Assembly: GCA_964270895.1 (NCBI GenBank)
Contig: OZ185444.1
Length of the DNA stretch: 64,000 bases
Reading direction: 5' to 3' (one strand)
Source of the DNA: Podarcis filfolensis
Taxonomy: Eukaryota
The notes beneath the pieces were generated by a model that did not search any database, had not been told where the DNA came from, and worked only from the letters and a program-made list of their open reading frames with translations. Within the stretch, counting starts at the first letter, position 1. Every line of letters begins with the position of its first letter. A program made the position numbers and the translations under genes. Positions 58,824-64,000 of the stretch are shown piece by piece.

Positions 58824-61800
58824 TTGGGGATTTAGATGTCATCTGGTCAAATCACCATTGAGACAGAAGACCCACTACTACAGTGTCTCAGATAGGTAAC
58901 CACTGTCATGATTGTTGCTTCAGTTTATATTCCATTTTTCTTCATGGCAATATCCATGGGGTTATCATATGACCTATGGTTGTCATACACACAAATGTTG
59001 TATCTCTGTTCAGGAGGCAAGGGGAATGCTTGCAACCCCTATTCAGTGGAAGAACTTGGTGTCTCAAATTTCAATGGTGTGGTGCCAAAATTTGGCATCC
59101 CTGCTTCTCACCTTCCATTCTACACCATAGCTGTGGGGGCCCCAAAGACCCATGGGCAAGACCCTAAACCTGCCTTCTTCCCAACATCTCTCTGTGTGGC
59201 GCAGTCTCCAGTCTTCCCGATGTTGAGTGGGGGCTTGCACTTGCACGAATATGTGTGGAGCACAGTCAAGGACCCTCCTTTATCAGGCCAGTGACCCTGA
59301 TTGTGCACAGTTCTATTCACATTCAAGGAATTGTGAGTACAAGTCCCCTGCAAACCTACCCCACCCAAACTGGGGAAAGTTGGGGACTGAGCAAGAGGAA
59401 TATTGCATAGGTATATTGGGGATGGGGCTTGCATTCACACCCCTGCCTCTTGTTCACCCAGCATGTTCAAGTAAATGCTTGAAAGCATCTAATATTGTGA
59501 TGCAGGTTAGGTTTCAGACTTTGAGCCACAGTAAAATGAGCATGCACAGAGGGGACAATGGCACTGCGGTAGCAGGCTCCTCCCTGTCCTGTGTTCATAA
59601 GATATTCATAATGAAGCCACCATGTGGTTTAGCATGAGCTGTTTGCTCTCAAAATAAATAGATCCTCCCACCATTAGTGAAATGACAAAAATAGTAAATT
59701 CCATGCCCAGATGAGGCTAAATGGAAATTTTGTTATTTGACTAGACAAATGAATTTGAGACTGTAATTAAATGGTTCCTGAGGTTTCTTGGTTATTACTG
59801 TCACAGCCCAAACTTCTTAAAAAGCTTCACTGCATGATTTGATTAGAGATTAGTTGTATGTGTGAGTGAGTGGGTTATCCTACAGTATGCAAGAACGGCT
59901 CGAAGAATGTGCAGATATATAGCCAGTTATCTCTAAATCACAAATGAAAATGAAAACAAATCAAAGTAAAAAAAACAAAAACCTTTATTAGTTCCCACTT
60001 TAAGATTGGTCTTTTTTTTGCTATTCAGTGCATAGGAGGATATAGAACCTTGTAAGCTCTTGCCCTTCACTGAGTCAAAAAGTATTCGCATTGGTGATTC
60101 TGTTCTGATTAATGTTTGAGTTTCTAGAGGACAGAATTTCTTATGGCAGTGGTAAATAAGAACGTAAGCAATATTCTGTGCTTCCTGCAGGTGCAGAACA
60201 GCACTTTTTCTTGTACAGGCTTGAGTAGATAGTACGGGCGGTCCAACAAAAGCAATTTCTTGCCACTTCAATCTTTTTTTAAAAGTTGTGATGAATAGTC
60301 TAAATTAATTGTTCTCCAAGAAAGAATCTGCTTGATGAACAAACACTTTCACAAGATGTCTTCCTTAAAGACAATAATAGCTACTTAGGTTTACATGATA
60401 CACGTCCATTATGCATAGCTCCTGGCATCAATCCCATCACTGAGATGTCAACAAATGAAGGTTGCAAAATCTCTGGTATTAAAGTATAAACATACTTTTG
60501 AAAGGATTCTTTATTCTGAAAGTATTTGTGTTAAAATTCATTCATAAACAGAATTCTGTTAGTGGTATTTATGGTGCTTACAAGAAAGTTCCTTAATGTT
60601 TTGATATTGTAATAAAACACATTTGGATCTTGTAGTGCTCTATGACTATTAAAAGCACCATAATAATCTGAAGGGCACCCTTACACTTACAAATATTATT
60701 TTTATTTGCGTAGCTGAAGCCATTACAGTTATAGGTGAATATGCTTACATGTCTCAATAAAAGTGATTTTAAATAGTTGGATCAAAGCCTCAGCAGTCAC
60801 AGACACATTTTATATATTTATTGAAAATGGAAACTAAAGTACTGTATTGCCTTGGTTCTATTGAAGGATGAGTCTTACTCTTAATGAAAATCAGGACCAT
60901 AGACAACACAACTGCATTAAAAAAGGAAGGGTTTGTAAAAATAACAGTTATGTGAATATCATTTTGATTATGTCTTTTCAGAATGAGGGTTGGTTTTTGT
61001 GTGTATGGGTGTTTGGTAGAGGATCCAGTTTTTGCATCTTTTTCCTATAAGCTGGTCCTATTTGGCCTGGACCCAAATGCACTGTTTTGCATTCACTGGA
61101 TGGTATGATTCCCCCACTGACCCTAGATGGTGAAGAATTTGCTCCCTTATGTGTTTGACAACAAGGTCCATTTGAAATTCTTTTCGAGAGCCAAATGCAG
61201 GGCTGTTTAATACTAAGCATATTTTTATCAATGTCTATATTTATTTTTCCCAGGAATGCATGTGCTGGTCCAAAAGCCACCCACATCCTTCTTTCATGCA
61301 GAGCATATATGCACTTGCAGCCTCTCCCGAGGAACAAAATGAGAGAAAGAAAAGCCAAGCTTTGTTTGCCAGCTGAAACTGCCTTCCAACCCTTTGGAAT
61401 TTCTTAAGCATTTGTTCCCCCTTCTTACCATGATTAAAATTGCATCCAGCCTTGCAAAAAAAGAAGGCTGCTCAGCAGATCTTTTAAGCCAAAGCTTTGC
61501 TTTAAGAAAGAAAGAAATAGCTTAACTTTTAGACCTTTCCATATGAAAACTCCTCCCCCAACTTTCCTCTTAGCACTTCTAGTACTAATGCAATACTAGC
61601 CGTTTTCTATTAGTTCCTCATGAAGCAGGGGCGGGGGCGGGAATCTTGCTAAAGATGGATAAATGTATTTATGCTGGGAATAAATAAAAGTACTGAATAT
61701 CTGCCACTTTTCAAAAATGTGATGATCAACTTTAAAGATGGGGGAGATACAGCCTTAAAAAGTCTTTTAAAAAGTAAGGCTTGCCATATGATGGGGATTG

Positions 61801-63922
61801 CAGCAAGCTTTGTTAATATCTGCCACTTTTAAAACAACATGGAAGGAGTACGTTAGTGAATTTCTGAGCTTCATTGATGTAGTAGGCCAGTACTCAACAT
61901 CTAAATTTTTTTTCTTTTTTTAAAAAAAGATTAAATAAAACTGAAAAATCACAAAACATATTATTGCACATACGTCTTATGCAATAGGTGCCCATGAGTC
62001 TTTTGCAACCACGTTCTACACCTGGCCTTGCTTTTTAAATAGATGCAATAAATCAGTATATCCCAACAACAAATTCTGCTGTTCGAGTTATGCAACAGAG
62101 GCTTTTATGTGCACCGCTTAGCAGTGCCAATGATTAAACAGTATAGAAATGTGGTAAATAAAACAAATATTTGTAATAGGATGATTTCCATGACCAAATA
62201 GAAGACGGGACTTGTAAGATATAGTGAGGCTTCTCCAAAGTCTTTTCATTCAGTCTTAAAAAGATAACATCTTTGTATTTTAACGTTTTACAATTTAAAG
62301 CAAATCAGACATGCAAGGGCTTCATATAGGGATGAATGCCTGCTAGAATTCATACTCTATGTGGATGGTTCATGTTCCATCATGTTGCCTGATTTGATCT
62401 CTGTAGCTTGTCTTTCACTGGGAACACACAGTCCCATGTGGCTTTTAGACTGTGAATTTGTGATTCAAGTTTGGCTATTGTTTCCTCTGTTCCCACAGTT
62501 CCTTTTGGAAAGACATCTACTCCCATGATTTAGGAAGGATGCAGGAAGGATATGGCTACTGAATGATTGCATAAGTGATGCAGAGAACATGAAATGTAGG
62601 GTTCAAAGAGCAATGATGGCATCTAGAATATTTTTCAGTTCCTTCTGGAATCATAAGTGCAAAGAATTATTTTAGCTTGGGGGAGAGTCGCTTGTTAAGG
62701 GTAGAAGATTATGATGGAAATTGATCTTGAGTTGGTAGGTCATATTGCTGTTGTATTTTTACTTACGCTGCATAATCACTGTACAAGATGTTATGTAAAC
62801 AAGGATCCTGCCACAAGGAGCTTTCAGTCTGAATTTTCGCAGTGAGGGAGGGAGTGATGATAGAGACAGGGTAAGAACCAGAGATACACATGCATTTGCA
62901 AGGCACCCATGCTTCATTGTACAGTAATTAGGAATATAGGATTTTCCCTATCCTTTGTTGTTCCTGTAGTTCCCTCTTCCCTCTGGGGCACGCCTCCTTG
63001 ATTCTGGTTTAATTTGAAAAATGTCCAAGCTTAATTTTGGAATTGGAGCATGCAGAGTCTACCCCAGCTTCTAGTTCTCTTGCATTTTTCTCCATTCTGT
63101 GTTACAGATGTGCTTGTACACTTGGATAAAGCATTGCGGAGGGACGGGATGGGACGGGACATTTTTGATGTGATTGTATTCAAGACTACTTTAATATTCT
63201 TTTCATGCAGTATTTTACTGATGCAGCCATATGGCTGGAGGGGAACATGTCAGCTGTCTGGTCCAACACCCTCCTCATTGCAGGAACATGTGTTAATAAA
63301 TATCACCAGATAATATTAATACAGCTGTATGTACAATCACATTAATGTTTGTGGTATTTAATCAATGTACGCAACAGCACTTGTTCTCTTGTACTTGTTA
63401 CATACTTTTAAAAAGCAATTTGACTGTTATGTGCACCAAGATTTTTCTTGTGATAAACAAAACTATGAATAATTCCTGATATACCAGTTCTACTTCAGTA
63501 ATATGACTGGATGAATCAAATTCAGAAATCCAAAGAGAAATTAAGGTGAAGAGCATTTTGGAGAATGTGGGAACTGGAGATTTTAAATATGTTAACCAGC
63601 ACTTTGAATTGGGTCCAAGATAAACCAAGAGCCAAGGGTTATAAAGTAGTGGTTTGCTCTAAATATGGGTTGTTGTCGGCACCCTGATCACAATATCTTG
63701 CACCAGTTGTAGTTTCTAAAGATAGCCGACAATAGATAGACATGCCCATCTTCCTTAATAGATCTTGTTGGTTTTCCAGACCAACACTTACCACTCAGCT
63801 GTATTGTGCAAACTAATTGCCAGTTTTGAAAAGGGCAATAGCTTTGAATAACCTAGGAGCAAAACAGGTGATAAAACAATTTCATCAAATGCTGTAACTG
63901 TTCTATAAAATATTATTTCTGA

Positions 63923-64000
63923 CAACAACAACAACAATTATTTATTATTTATTATTTGTACCCCACCCATCTGGCTGGGTTTCCCCAGCCACTCTGGGCG
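63923..64000 (-). mobile_element. L2 3' end, running off the right edge
   Basis: (AAC)n/(TTA) tail then gtaccccacccatctggctgggtttccccagccactctgggcg. Confidence 0.8.

Noticed and set aside
47400-64000. Search for NUAK1 exon 2 or other coding exons
   Set aside because: No VAIKSIRKDK-like frame found by eye and the ORFs look random. Some enhancer-like unique stretches (about 50130-50400, 53040-53330, 56000-56170) cannot be supported without alignments.

Overview
This is squamate genomic DNA, most likely from a lacertid lizard, judged from Sauria SINEs, young L2 LINEs and TA-flanked mariner/Tigger-type MITEs. It holds the conserved amniote block TCP11L2(-) / CKAP4(+) / NUAK1(+). The first coding exon of TCP11L2 runs off the left edge (88..1, minus strand) and is missed by the ORF track. 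CKAP4 is complete in two coding exons (13266-13646 and 18459-19784, 568 aa). For NUAK1, only coding exon 1 (to 38205) was found; I saw no exon 2, so the rest of the window appears to be intron 1. Most other ORF-track entries are repeat-derived or chance ORFs. The best hunt result is a 241-bp Penelope-like insertion (58583-58823) with a 14-bp target-site duplication (TSD). It contains a perfect 78-bp inverted repeat, and its minus strand spells a complete minimal type I hammerhead ribozyme; an older decayed relative lies at 26521-26846. About 3.3 kb (38446-41743) is repeated at 41993-45290 across a 200-N gap, most likely an assembly false duplication. Several nested transposon insertions with readable TSDs are also present. 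Gene and family names come from my recall of known sequences; no database search was run.
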